A stretch of 64,000 nucleotides of DNA from Obrimoposthia wandeli (lineage: Eukaryota), in the NCBI GenBank assembly GCA_977020255.1, contig CDROCS010000506.1:558001-622000 (forward strand). Direction: 5' to 3'. The position numbers and the translations under genes are program-made. Shown piece by piece: positions 45,401-51,342 of this stretch. How positions within the stretch are numbered: position 1 is the stretch's first letter; each line of letters opens with the position of its first letter. The notes under the pieces are model-generated. The model saw nothing but the letters and a program-made list of their open reading frames with translations. It had not been told where the DNA came from and made no database searches.

Positions 45401-48400
45401 CCGTCATCGCCACCCGCCGCATTACTGCCATCCGTAAGGGTAATATCCAATGTGCCGTCAGTGCTATCGCCATCTTTATCGGTGGCTGTCACACCCAAAT
45501 CAATATTGGTCAATTCGCTGTCACTTTGATCAACTGGACCAGTGACAATTACTTGGTATGAACCATCCGTCGCGATAGTGACTGTCATCACCGCATCGCC
45601 CGCGCTGTCAAGCACGGTTAATATATTATCAACAACCGTAAACGTCGTCGCTGCGCCGTTACTGGTGATCCCTGTTAATCCAGGTTGCACTGCTTGGAAG
45701 ACAATGCTGTCAATCGCGTCTGAGCCCACATTTAATGGGATCTGACCTGAAATTGTATTGCCTTTCTCGGTTGACTCATTAATTGTCACACCAGAATCAG
45801 TACCAAACGAAGGATTTTCACCATCTGTTATCGTGATATCTACATTCGCTGGCGCATCTAAATTATCACCGTCGGTATCGGTCGCTTGCACTGGCACATT
45901 GATGTGAATGTTGTCACCGTCAAAAGTTACGTAACCACCATCACTTGAACCGTTATGGTCTAATGGCACATTTTGCGTGATGCTCACCGTAACCTTCACG
46001 TCTTGACCTTGCTGCTCGCCAGATAAAGACACCGTCACCGCAACAACACCGTTTGGTAAAGTACCAACAAGATTGCCATCACTATCGACGCTAAAGCTCA
46101 GCGCTTCTCCGCCCGAGGTTAGCTCAGCTTCCAGCTCTGCGATTAACGTAGCTTGCAAAGTAGGGTCGATAACAATTGAATCAGGAACAAGGCTATCTTC
46201 GCCCGCTTTAATAACGAACGAACCTGATTGTGATGCAGGGTAAGTGGTATCAGTACCACCCACACCGTTACCATCAACATCTAAATCGCCTTCAACCAGT
46301 GTTAGCACACCGTCATCGCCACCCGCCGCATTACTGCCATCCGTAAGGGTAATAGCCAATGTGCCGTCAGTGCTATCGCCATCTTTATCGGTGGCTGTCA
46401 CACCCAAATCAATATTGGTCAATTCGCTGTCACTTTGATCAACTGGACCAGTGACAATTACTTGGTATGAACCATCCGTCGCGATAGTGACTGTCATCAC
46501 CGCATCGCCCGCGCTGTCAAGCACGGTTAATATATTATCAACAACCGTAAACGTCGTCGCTGCGCCGTTACTGGTGATCCCTGTTAATCCAGGTTGCGCT
46601 GTTTGGAAGACAATGCTGTCAATCGCGTCTGAGCCCACATTTAATGGGATCTGACCTGAAATTGTATTGCCTTTCTCGGTTGACTCATTAATTGTCACAC
46701 CAGAATCAGTACCAAACGAAGGATTTTCACCATCTGTTATCGTGATATCTACATTCGCTGGCGCATCTAAATTATCACCGTCGGTATCGGTCGCTTGCAC
46801 TGGCACATTGATGTGAATGTTCTCACCGTCAAAAGTTACGTAACCACCATCACTTGAACCGTTATGGTCTAACGGCACATTCTGCGTGATGCTCACCGTA
46901 ACCTTCACGTCTTGACCTTGCTGCTCGCCAGATAAAGACACCGTCACCGCAACAACACCGTTTGGTAAAGTACCAACAAGATTGCCATCACTATCGACGC
47001 TAAAGCTCAGCGCTTCTCCGCCCGAGGTTAGCTCAGCTTCCAGCTCTGCGATTAACGTAGCTTGCAAAGTAGGGTCGATAACAATTGAATCAGGAACAAG
47101 GCTATCTTCGCCCGCTTTAATAACGAACGAAGATTGTGATGCAGGGTAAGTGGTATCAGTACCACCCACACCGTTACCATCAACATCTAAATCGCCTTCA
47201 ACCAGTGTTAGCACACCGTCATCGCCACCCGCCGCATTACTGCCATCCGTAAGGGTAATATCCAATGTGCCGTCAGTGCTATCGCCATCTTTATCGGTGG
47301 CTGTCACACCCAAATCAATATTGGTCAATTCGCTGTCACTTTGATCAACTGGACCAGTGACAATTACTTGGTATGAACCATCCGTCGCGATAGTGACTGT
47401 CATCACCGCATCGCCCGCGCTGTCAAGCACGGTTAATATATTATCAACAACCGTAAACGTCGTCGCTGCGCCGTTACTGGTGATCCCTGTTAATCCAGGT
47501 TGCGCTGTTTGGAAGACAATGCTGTCAATCGCGTCTGAGCCCACATTTAATGGGATCTGACCTGAAATTGTATTGCCTTTCTCGGTTGACTCATTAATTG
47601 TCACACCAGAATCAGTACCAAACGAAGGATTTTCACCATCTGTTATCGTGATATCTACATTCGCTGGCGCATCTAAATTATCACCGTCGGTATCGGTCGC
47701 TTGCACTGGCACATTGATGTGAATGTTCTCACCGTCAAAAGTTACGTAACCACCATCACTTGAACCGTTATGGTCTAACGGCACATTCTGCGTGATGCTT
47801 ACCGTAACCTTCACGTCTTGACCTTGCTGCTCGCCAGATAAAGACACCGTCACCGCAACAACACCGTTTGGTAAAGTACCAACAAGATTGCCATCACTAT
47901 CGACGCTAAAGCTCAGCGCTTCTCCGCCCGAGGTTAGCTCAGCTTCCAGCTCTGCGATTAACGTAGCTTGCAAAGTAGGGTCGATAACAATTGAATCAGG
48001 AACAAGGCTATCTTCGCCCGCTTTAATAACGAACGAACCTGATTGTGATGCAGGGTAAGTGGTATCAGTACCACCCACACCGTTACCATCAACATCTAAA
48101 TCGCCTTCAGACAGTGTTAGCACACCGTCATCGCCACCCGCCGCATTACTGCCATCCGTAAGGGTAATATCCAATGTGCCGTCAGTGCTATCGCCATCTT
48201 TATCGGTGGCTGTCACACCCAAATCAATATTGGTCAATTCGCTGTCACTTTGATCAACAGGACCAGTGACAATTACTTGGTATGAACCATCCGTCGCGAT
48301 AGTGACTGTCATCACCGCATCGCCCGCGCTGTCAAGCACGGTTAATATATTATCAACAACCGTAAACGTCGTCGCTGCGCCGTTACTTGTGACCCCCATT

Positions 48401-51342
48401 AATCCAGGTTGCACTGCTTGGAAGACAATGCTGTCAATCGCGTCTGAACCTACATCTAATGGGATCTGACCTGAAATTGTATTGCCTTTCTCGGTTGACT
48501 CATTAATTGTCACACCAGAATCAGTACCAAACGAAGGATTTTCACCATCTGTTATCGTGATATCTACATTCGCTGGCGCATCTAAATTATCACCGTCGGT
48601 ATCGGTCGCTTGCACTGGCACATTGATGTGAATGTTGTCACCGTCAAAAGTTACGTAACCACCATCACTTGAACCGTTATGGTCTAACGGCACATTCTGC
48701 GTGATGCTTACCGTAACCTTCACGTCTTGACCTTGCTGCTCGCCAGATAAAGACACCGTCACCGCAACAACACCGTTTGGTAAAGTACCAACAAGATTGC
48801 CATCACTATCGACGCTAAAGCTCAGCGCTTCTCCGCCCGAGGTTAGCTCAGCTTCCAGCTCTGCGATTAACGTAGCTTGCAAAGTAGGGTCGATAACAAT
48901 TGAATCAGGAACAAGGCTATCTTCGCCCGCTTTAATAACGAACGAACCTGATTGTGATGCAGGGTAAGTGGTATCAGTACCACCCACACCGTTACCATCA
49001 ACATCTAAATCGCCTTCAACCAGTGTTAGCACACCGTCATCGCCACCCGCCGCATTACTGCCATCCGTAAGGGTAATATCCAATGTGCCGTCAGTGCTAT
49101 CGCCATCTTTATCGGTGGCTGTCACACCCAAATCAATATTGGTCAATTCGCTGTCACTTTGATCAACTGGACCAGTGACAATTACTTGGTATGAACCATC
49201 CGTCGCGATAGTGACTGTCATCACCGCATCGCCCGCGCTGTCGAGCACGGTTAATACATTATCAACAACCGTAAACGTCGTCGCTGCGCCGTTACTAGTG
49301 ACCCCCGTTAATCCAGGTTGCACTGCTTGGAAGGCAATACCGTCAATCGCGTCTGAGCCCACATTTAATGGGATCTGACCTGAAATTGTATTGCCTTTCT
49401 CGGTTGACTCATTAATTGTCACACCAGAATCAATACCGAACGATGGGTTTTCACCATCTGTTATCGTGATATCTACATTAGCTGGTGCATCTAAATCATC
49501 ACCGTCGGTATCGGTCGCTTGCACCGGTACATTGATGTGAATATTGTCACCGTCAAAAGTTACGTAACCACCATCACTTGAACCGTTATGGTCTAACGGC
49601 ACATTCTGCGTGATGCTCACCGTAACCTTCACGTCTTGACCTTGCTGCTCGCCAGATAAAGACACCGTCACCGCAACAACACCGCTTGGTAAAGTACCAA
49701 CAAGATTGCCGTCACTATCGACGCTAAAGCTCAGCGCTTCTCCGCCCGAGGTTAGTTCAGCTTCCAGCTCTGCGATTAACGCAGCTTGCAAAGCAGGGTC
49801 GATAACAATTGAATCAGGAACAAGACGATCTTCACCCGCTTGAATCACAAACGAGCCAGATTGTGATGCAGGGTAAGTGGTATCAGTACCACCCACACCG
49901 TTACCATCAACATCTAAATCACCTTCAGCCAGTGTTAGCACACCGTCATCGCCACCCGCCGCATTACTGCCATCCGTAAGGGTAATATCCAATGTGCCGT
50001 CAGTGCTATCGCCATCTTTATCGGTGGCTGTCACACCCAAATCAATATTGGTCAATTCGCTGTCACTTTGATCAACAGGACCAGTGACAATTACTTGGTA
50101 TGAACCATCCGTCGCGATAGTGACTGTCATCACCGCATCGCCCGCGCTGTCAAGCACGGTTAATATATTATCAACAACCGTAAACGTCGTCGCTGCGCCG
50201 TTACTGGTGATCCCTGTTAATCCAGGTTGCACTGCTTGGAAGACAATGCTGTCAATCGCGTCTGAACCTACATCTAATGGGATCTGACCTGAAATTGTAT
50301 TGCCTTTCTCGGTTGACTCATTAATTGTCACACCAGAATCAGTACCAAACGAAGGATTTTCACCATCTGTTATCGTGATATCTACATTCGCTGGCGCATC
50401 TAAATTATCACCGTCGGTATCGGTCGCTTGCACTGGCACATTGATGTGAATTTCATCATTAGCGGACGTTAGCCACCATGAACGCCAGTTATGATCTAAT
50501 GGGACATTCTGCGTGATGCTCACCGTAACCTTCACGTCTTGACCTTGCTGCTCGCCAGATAAAGACACCGTCACCGCAACAACACCGCTTGGTAAAGTAC
50601 CAACAAGATTGCCGTCACTATCGACGCTAAAGCTCAGCGCTTCTCCGCCCGAGGTTAGCTCAGCTTCCAGCTCTGCGATTAACGTAGCTTGCAAAGTAGG
50701 GTCGATAACAATTGAATCAGGAACAAGACGATCTTCACCCGCTTGGATCACAAACGAGCCAGATTGTGATGCAGGGTAAGTGGTATCAGTACCACCCACA
50801 CCGTTACCATCAACATCTAAATCACCTTCAGCCAGTGTTAGCACACCGTCATCGCCACCCGCCGCATTACTGCCATCCGTAAGGGTAATAGCCAATGTGC
50901 CGTCAGTGCTATCGCCATCATTATCGGTAGCTGTCACACCCAAATTAATATTGGTTAATTCACTGTCACTTTGATCAACTGGACCAGTGACAATTACTTG
51001 GTATGAACCATCCGTCGCGATAGTGACTGTCATCACCGCATCGCCCGCGCTGTCAAGCACGGTTAATATATTATCAACAACCGTAAACGTCGTCGCTGCG
51101 CCGTTACTGGTGATCCCTGTTAATCCAGGTTGCGCTGCTTGGAAGACAATGCTGTCAATCGCATCTGAACCTACATTTAATGGGATCTGACCTGAAATTG
51201 TATTGCCTTTCTCGGTTGACTCATTAATTGTCACACCAGAATCAGTACCAAACGAAGGATTTTCACCATCTGTTATCGTGATATCTACATTCGCTGGCGC
51301 ATCTAAATCATCCCCATCGGTATCGGTCGCTTGCACTGGCAC
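30460..51342 (-). CDS. Giant LapA-like RTX adhesin, C-terminal 6960 aa (T1SS-143-like repeats, Ig/cadherin-like modules, RTX nonapeptides, T1SS C-terminal target)
   Basis: Asp/Thr/Gly/Val-rich repeats, GGAGNDILIGG-type RTX repeats, DTFVW...D.I.DF...D.IDL motif; same reading frame as the 51373-55008 ORF, so probably one gene. Confidence 0.9.
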   Translation of the reverse strand: MPVQATDTDGDDLDAPANVDITITDGENPSFGTDSGVTINESTEKGNTISGQIPLNVGSDAIDSIVFQAAQPGLTGITSNGAATTFTVVDNILTVLDSAGDAVMTVTIATDGSYQVIVTGPVDQSDSELTNINLGVTATDNDGDSTDGTLAITLTDGSNAAGGDDGVLTLAEGDLDVDGNGVGGTDTTYPASQSGSFVIQAGEDRLVPDSIVIDPTLQATLIAELEAELTSGGEALSFSVDSDGNLVGTLPSGVVAVTVSLSGEQQGQDVKVTVSITQNVPLDHNWRSWWLTSANDEIHINVPVQATDTDGDNLDAPANVDITITDGENPSFGTDSGVTINESTEKGNTISGQIPLDVGSDAIDSIVFQAVQPGLTGITSNGAATTFTVVDNILTVLDSAGDAVMTVTIATDGSYQVIVTGPVDQSDSELTNIDLGVTATDKDGDSTDGTLDITLTDGSNAAGGDDGVLTLAEGDLDVDGNGVGGTDTTYPASQSGSFVIQAGEDRLVPDSIVIDPALQAALIAELEAELTSGGEALSFSVDSDGNLVGTLPSGVVAVTVSLSGEQQGQDVKVTVSITQNVPLDHNGSSDGGYVTFDGDNIHINVPVQATDTDGDDLDAPANVDITITDGENPSFGIDSGVTINESTEKGNTISGQIPLNVGSDAIDGIAFQAVQPGLTGVTSNGAATTFTVVDNVLTVLDSAGDAVMTVTIATDGSYQVIVTGPVDQSDSELTNIDLGVTATDKDGDSTDGTLDITLTDGSNAAGGDDGVLTLVEGDLDVDGNGVGGTDTTYPASQSGSFVIKAGEDSLVPDSIVIDPTLQATLIAELEAELTSGGEALSFSVDSDGNLVGTLPNGVVAVTVSLSGEQQGQDVKVTVSITQNVPLDHNGSSDGGYVTFDGDNIHINVPVQATDTDGDNLDAPANVDITITDGENPSFGTDSGVTINESTEKGNTISGQIPLDVGSDAIDSIVFQAVQPGLMGVTSNGAATTFTVVDNILTVLDSAGDAVMTVTIATDGSYQVIVTGPVDQSDSELTNIDLGVTATDKDGDSTDGTLDITLTDGSNAAGGDDGVLTLSEGDLDVDGNGVGGTDTTYPASQSGSFVIKAGEDSLVPDSIVIDPTLQATLIAELEAELTSGGEALSFSVDSDGNLVGTLPNGVVAVTVSLSGEQQGQDVKVTVSITQNVPLDHNGSSDGGYVTFDGENIHINVPVQATDTDGDNLDAPANVDITITDGENPSFGTDSGVTINESTEKGNTISGQIPLNVGSDAIDSIVFQTAQPGLTGITSNGAATTFTVVDNILTVLDSAGDAVMTVTIATDGSYQVIVTGPVDQSDSELTNIDLGVTATDKDGDSTDGTLDITLTDGSNAAGGDDGVLTLVEGDLDVDGNGVGGTDTTYPASQSSFVIKAGEDSLVPDSIVIDPTLQATLIAELEAELTSGGEALSFSVDSDGNLVGTLPNGVVAVTVSLSGEQQGQDVKVTVSITQNVPLDHNGSSDGGYVTFDGENIHINVPVQATDTDGDNLDAPANVDITITDGENPSFGTDSGVTINESTEKGNTISGQIPLNVGSDAIDSIVFQTAQPGLTGITSNGAATTFTVVDNILTVLDSAGDAVMTVTIATDGSYQVIVTGPVDQSDSELTNIDLGVTATDKDGDSTDGTLAITLTDGSNAAGGDDGVLTLVEGDLDVDGNGVGGTDTTYPASQSGSFVIKAGEDSLVPDSIVIDPTLQATLIAELEAELTSGGEALSFSVDSDGNLVGTLPNGVVAVTVSLSGEQQGQDVKVTVSITQNVPLDHNGSSDGGYVTFDGDNIHINVPVQATDTDGDNLDAPANVDITITDGENPSFGTDSGVTINESTEKGNTISGQIPLNVGSDAIDSIVFQAVQPGLTGITSNGAATTFTVVDNILTVLDSAGDAVMTVTIATDGSYQVIVTGPVDQSDSELTNIDLGVTATDKDGDSTDGTLDITLTDGSNAAGGDDGVLTLVEGDLDVDGNGVGGTDTTYPASQSGSFVIKAGEDRLVPDSIVIDPTLQATLIAELEAELTSGGEALSFSVDSDGNLVGTLPSGVVAVTVSLSGEQQGQDVKVTVSITQNVPLDHNGSSDGGYVTFDGDNIHINVPVQATDTDGDNLDAPANVDITITDGENPSFGTDSGVTINESTEKGNTISGQIPLNVGSDAIDSIVFQAVQPGLTGVTSNGAATTFTVVDNILTVLDSAGDAVMTVTIATDGSYQVIVTGPVDQSDSELTNINLGVTATDNDGDSTDGTLAITLTDGSNAAGGDDGVLTLAEGDLDVDGNGVGGTDTTYPASQSGSFVIKAGEDSLVPDSIVIDPTLQATLIAELEAELTSGGEALSFSVDSDGNLVGTLPNGVVAVTVSLSGEQQGQDVKVTVSITQNVPLDHNGSSDGGYVTFDGDNIHINVPVQATDTDGDNLDAPANVDITITDGENPSFGTDSGVTINESTEKGNTISGQIPLNVGSDAIDSIVFQTAQPGLTGITSNGAATTFTVVDNILTVLDSAGDAVMTVTIATDGSYQVIVTGPVDQSDSELTNIDLGVTATDKDGDSTDGTLDITLTDGSNAAGGDDGVLTLVEGDLDVDGNGGTDTTYPASQSGSFVIKAGEDSLVPDSIVIDPTLQATLIAELEAELTSGGEALSFSVDSDGNLVGTLPNGVVAVTVSLSGEQQGQDVKVTVSITQNVPLDHNGSSDGGYVTFDGENIHINVPVQATDTDGDNLDAPANVDITITDGENPSFGTDSGVTINESTEKGNTISGQIPLNVGSDAIDSIVFQTAQPGLTGITSNGAATTFTVVDNILTVLDSAGDAVMTVTIATDGSYQVIVTGPVDQSDSELTNIDLGVTATDKDGDSTDGTLDITLTDGSNAAGGDDGVLTLVEGDLDVDGNGGTDTTYPASQSGSFVIKAGEDSLVPDSIVIDPTLQATLIAELEAELTSGGEALSFSVDSDGNLVGTLPSGVVAVTVSLSGEQQGQDVKVTVSITQNVPLDHTNTGDIGGYITSANDEIHINVPVQATDTDGDDLDAPANVDITITDGANPSFGTDSGVTINETDNKGETMSGQIPLNVGSDAIDSIVFQADQPELIDLTSNGLPTTYVVAGSTITVYDSASKPVMTVTVDTDGSYVVTVIGAIDQNGASDSINIDLAVTATDKDGDTSNGSMDITIADGDDAAGGGSSSIELAEGDLDTDGVGTSYPATNSGDFELIAGADRLIPDSVEVDPLQLSALMVELASELTSGGQALTFSLNADGDIVGRLNGQVALTVELSAAQNGQDLTVTVDITQNIPLDHNNSGDTLGYVTSGNDEIHIKVPVQATDTDGDDLTTPVNVGIIIKDGEDPFFDTESVLAVNETSDKNVAVEGQLNLDVGSDAIATLVFAENQTDLDGLTSNGNLTTYDVTDNTITLFDSNDQPIMVITVDTDGKYTVTVTGPIDQKDSLSTDLNLGVIATDKDGDPASGEMKISITDGVNGSGGEAVSMEIIEPDSNPNGYPVSATTDITLKAGEDRLDVNTVGIDDTGALIAELEAELTSGGELLTFTLENGVLVGKLPNGDIAVSVTVTAVQAGQDVTVTVTVDQLLPLDHNALGNSTGYVSENGDSIAINVPLQGKDTDGDSLDNPAVVTVTIKDGQLPSFGVDTGISLNEETQEGQVISSSIIVDTGSDEITSIVFDDANMQSGFDGVTSNGLATTVEVSGNVLLLKDSDGKTVLEVTINNDGSYTAKITGELDQDINNLLNLPIKVTVTDDDGDTASGIINIEIADGSDATGGEGHAMTAVEGDLETQTGGTTYPKTTSDSFKVTAGEDRLDPATVSVDPAQVAMLITELESELTSGGESLVFLPSADGSTLVGTTTPGGVVAVTITLSGTQVGDDINVNVEFKQHLPLDHNNPTDTDGFVKTNGDDITISVPVQVQDTDGDDLKTAAKVDITIQDGDNPVFGVDDVTEITETENSQTVSGSIEFDVGSDAIAKMEFDVVQASLVGLTTNGQATTYTVNGDVISVTIDGGTNSGDPVLTITMSNDGTYTVKQDEPLDQDNIQGDDIGLNLGVVATDKDGDVSNTGQIIITIKDGQDATGESVTANLTVVEGDLENPATDKAYPSTGAGSFKVEAVNDNLVSNTMRVEDVVETDLLTELNSLTSNGAPLTFTLTVDADGVITITGMTQTGSTEILQITLTPTQDTNGDVSVAMAIEQSGPLDHTSGTGTYVNVNDDSITVKIPVQLTDSDGDDLVKPVTVNVTITDGDDPKFGVDSTVTLEEANDGVASGTGQIDVDTGSDNVVKVYFDDAQSSLNNLTSNGQATTYTVSADGSTIIVTLVSAPNVVVMEATVDINGNYTVNQKQPIDQAGDNENIILNVLADDKDGDTSAPGHIKIVINDGTNADGGQTGTIIITEGDLTPEGIELPYPVTGTVTINVPAGVDRLDPNTAEIDSDMLNALITELQNELTAGGQPITFSYNANTGTLTGVAAGVVVMAVVVDAVQAANGHDVDITITITQNHPLDHQGGNAVGMVSTDDGRIIIDVPVQVADTDGDKLDTGISVDVTINDGTDPVITAVEDLNVEESDIKASNSEGIHTGSTPNGKSESDSGQITVDSGSDEVVDFKVDVDAFNTNNNITSAGNSVTLNDAGNGLYQGMANGKVVFEFQLNADGSYKFEIIRPIDHSIQGKDGINIDVPVYAVDQDGDISANVDVSVDVLDDIPSVTNRGITLTEGENSNALGKNVDVLNGKGEGADGAKVTSVDIFNDQGVLTSHDITGNNFNNIDVHDASGRYLGIISIKANGQVRFESNTDLDHDSEEIIETIIVNVTDGDGDTASGEVIITITDQDATLTTFSSTGQEDNGSASDTIDSNYQGIAISMDIDVGDSDRGESVGTVTITLAGDMHGEFMWNGVAITPNADGSITLPVGAFTDNNNDGIFTLDGVTFMPSTDFSTINGDLNFNVTAEIVNTDGSKHPEMNGSFTVHVDGVADIPIWNDANTTYHYTVTEDTDNVDLNLTAVLQDDDGSNTSSEDLYYFITITAGEGTLVGDNLIETPTGSGVYKVASADIGSVQVDPADNFSGDIKLNVYAQSEERDNQDTADSVVKEIIINVNPDADEATMKVKRIESDEDTLISLKDHIFLTPQDDNTDGSEKLFVRISGLPTDAILLLDGQELTPDADGKYEVAYDAIDGLQLKPTPESNVDFTFTVEGVVKDTATVTQPDGTTTTDVVNEFVTGSQTIEVDLTGVADNPAFDLGTSDWKPFPESDPRTGLEITIQEDSSARFDFSVMSGELALAPTDSSETLSLVISNIPEGVKIYDGDGNEQFLVYVGTDDNGNPKYEVKLSSLNNITITPPLNSTLDIDLDVRLVVTENDGDSKSIDGHLVVHVLPVIDAPDNYSTNSNGLEDNNINLNWQPELSDSKEVITGLVITNLPAGYDLYIGNDKIFSGGNSIELSPQQVIDITSGGQSLRVRGPEDSDVDLILNTIVTVTEKDVDSETIVTKDILGELTINIDAVVEDDGILAIIDNNGAALIPDPSTNTITITSNDTGAIDININTTGDPSFTGGLSFLEDDLSSTEVIEKVIITFVDADGNTITDQAILDQFYVKGGINNGDGSWTVPESGLEDLQIIATDDLAPTVYVHLSAEIRDLGDNNEGDASSVVIKDMDSHIKLDFNGATDSEQKAGAIVVDNNAIVVGTEDTLLNFGEQLDAFISVNIADSVDDVFTFVISAGDLPPGVSITGTEYNYETGEYVLNVAIGSDGKVDLSAVGMSLPKDFAGDFELEIKYVTTDTESGDVKEVTGSIPVQVTPVVDIPGSSQTGNNTPEIEISVINTGGLDSDKQPITDGSLGQEYIGVAYEDGDITLDLSVVLADNSNSINAGLETVTSVTLTVDAAQGFFVTTDGSLVSEITLPESELGNIQFRPVADFSGAVSVGVKVDITDTANFDDTDNSTRTDSGSYTTNVEFEVVAVNDSVSWTGPVTAVGQEDAGGVSLAGIGGTIVDVDGSEQILSIKLTGVPEGFIIEGATNNSGGEWSISLPPGQTTFNLDNIKVIPPENFSGKVTLDVVVYSKEDSLTEVAENSTSITIDVQSVADRVDTDVETEASGTENDTAGIDLILNVEAFDDEDSYDGSDANVTEKGPEGLQITLSNVPDSSSITLPDGVAGSVTNMGGGIWVVTVESSDLDKLIFHPGDANNINWDGNINVDIRAVDNGVVAEDSIAIDETIHIEVEAENDAPVNVLPGDLTADEDVALLITSLKVVDVDANETVGSDMTVTLNVGNGIINVPDSFDWAALGLTVAGEGSKELIITGSLDDINALLTSGVEYTGDANFNGEDTLTMKTNDQANSGTGPAEGLTDSDSITITVNPVNDAPVNTVPNSVTAAVEDDDNGTVITGMQISDVDVGEAGSTGSMFVTLNVANGILSVVIPDGSSVAVTGQGTDSVIITGSIDDINELLDNGVTYEGNDNFSGADELTMTTYDGGNVGSGSDDTAISKVSVTVTPKADVPTLSLDNSFIQTGAIRASMNTMIPLLGLIAAVTDASELLTIEVRNLGAGELVDSNGQPVGTNMGAGVWVVLEADLADLHVINLSEGENNLEVVAVSEETDGSKAESTPVDINIVVDNLANTGNQIGGSSNSDAANLVIDSSAEATLLGGAGNDILIGGTASDILIGGAGDDILWGGIQGGSGDGSKDTFVWQAGDFGTVGNAATDNIMDFEVAFDTIDLTNAFSAYDAMSLSDLSSLIKLTGNGADSTLEIYDEQGNLIQNIVLNGVAESVLLGNDPAGMSNEDKLGALLNSGQLDVADNFGNGDSNSLNADNSGENLYGFDGSDTLIGGDGADILSGGEGDDILTGGDGADLFTWEESASGTDTITDFTLDEDQLDLSQILSDGDDDKFTMDDLLAHTDSGDLAASFDADGNVNLTVKTEENQEQNIVLHHIDSASLGGASEADILSQLFNHDVFKVDSNS

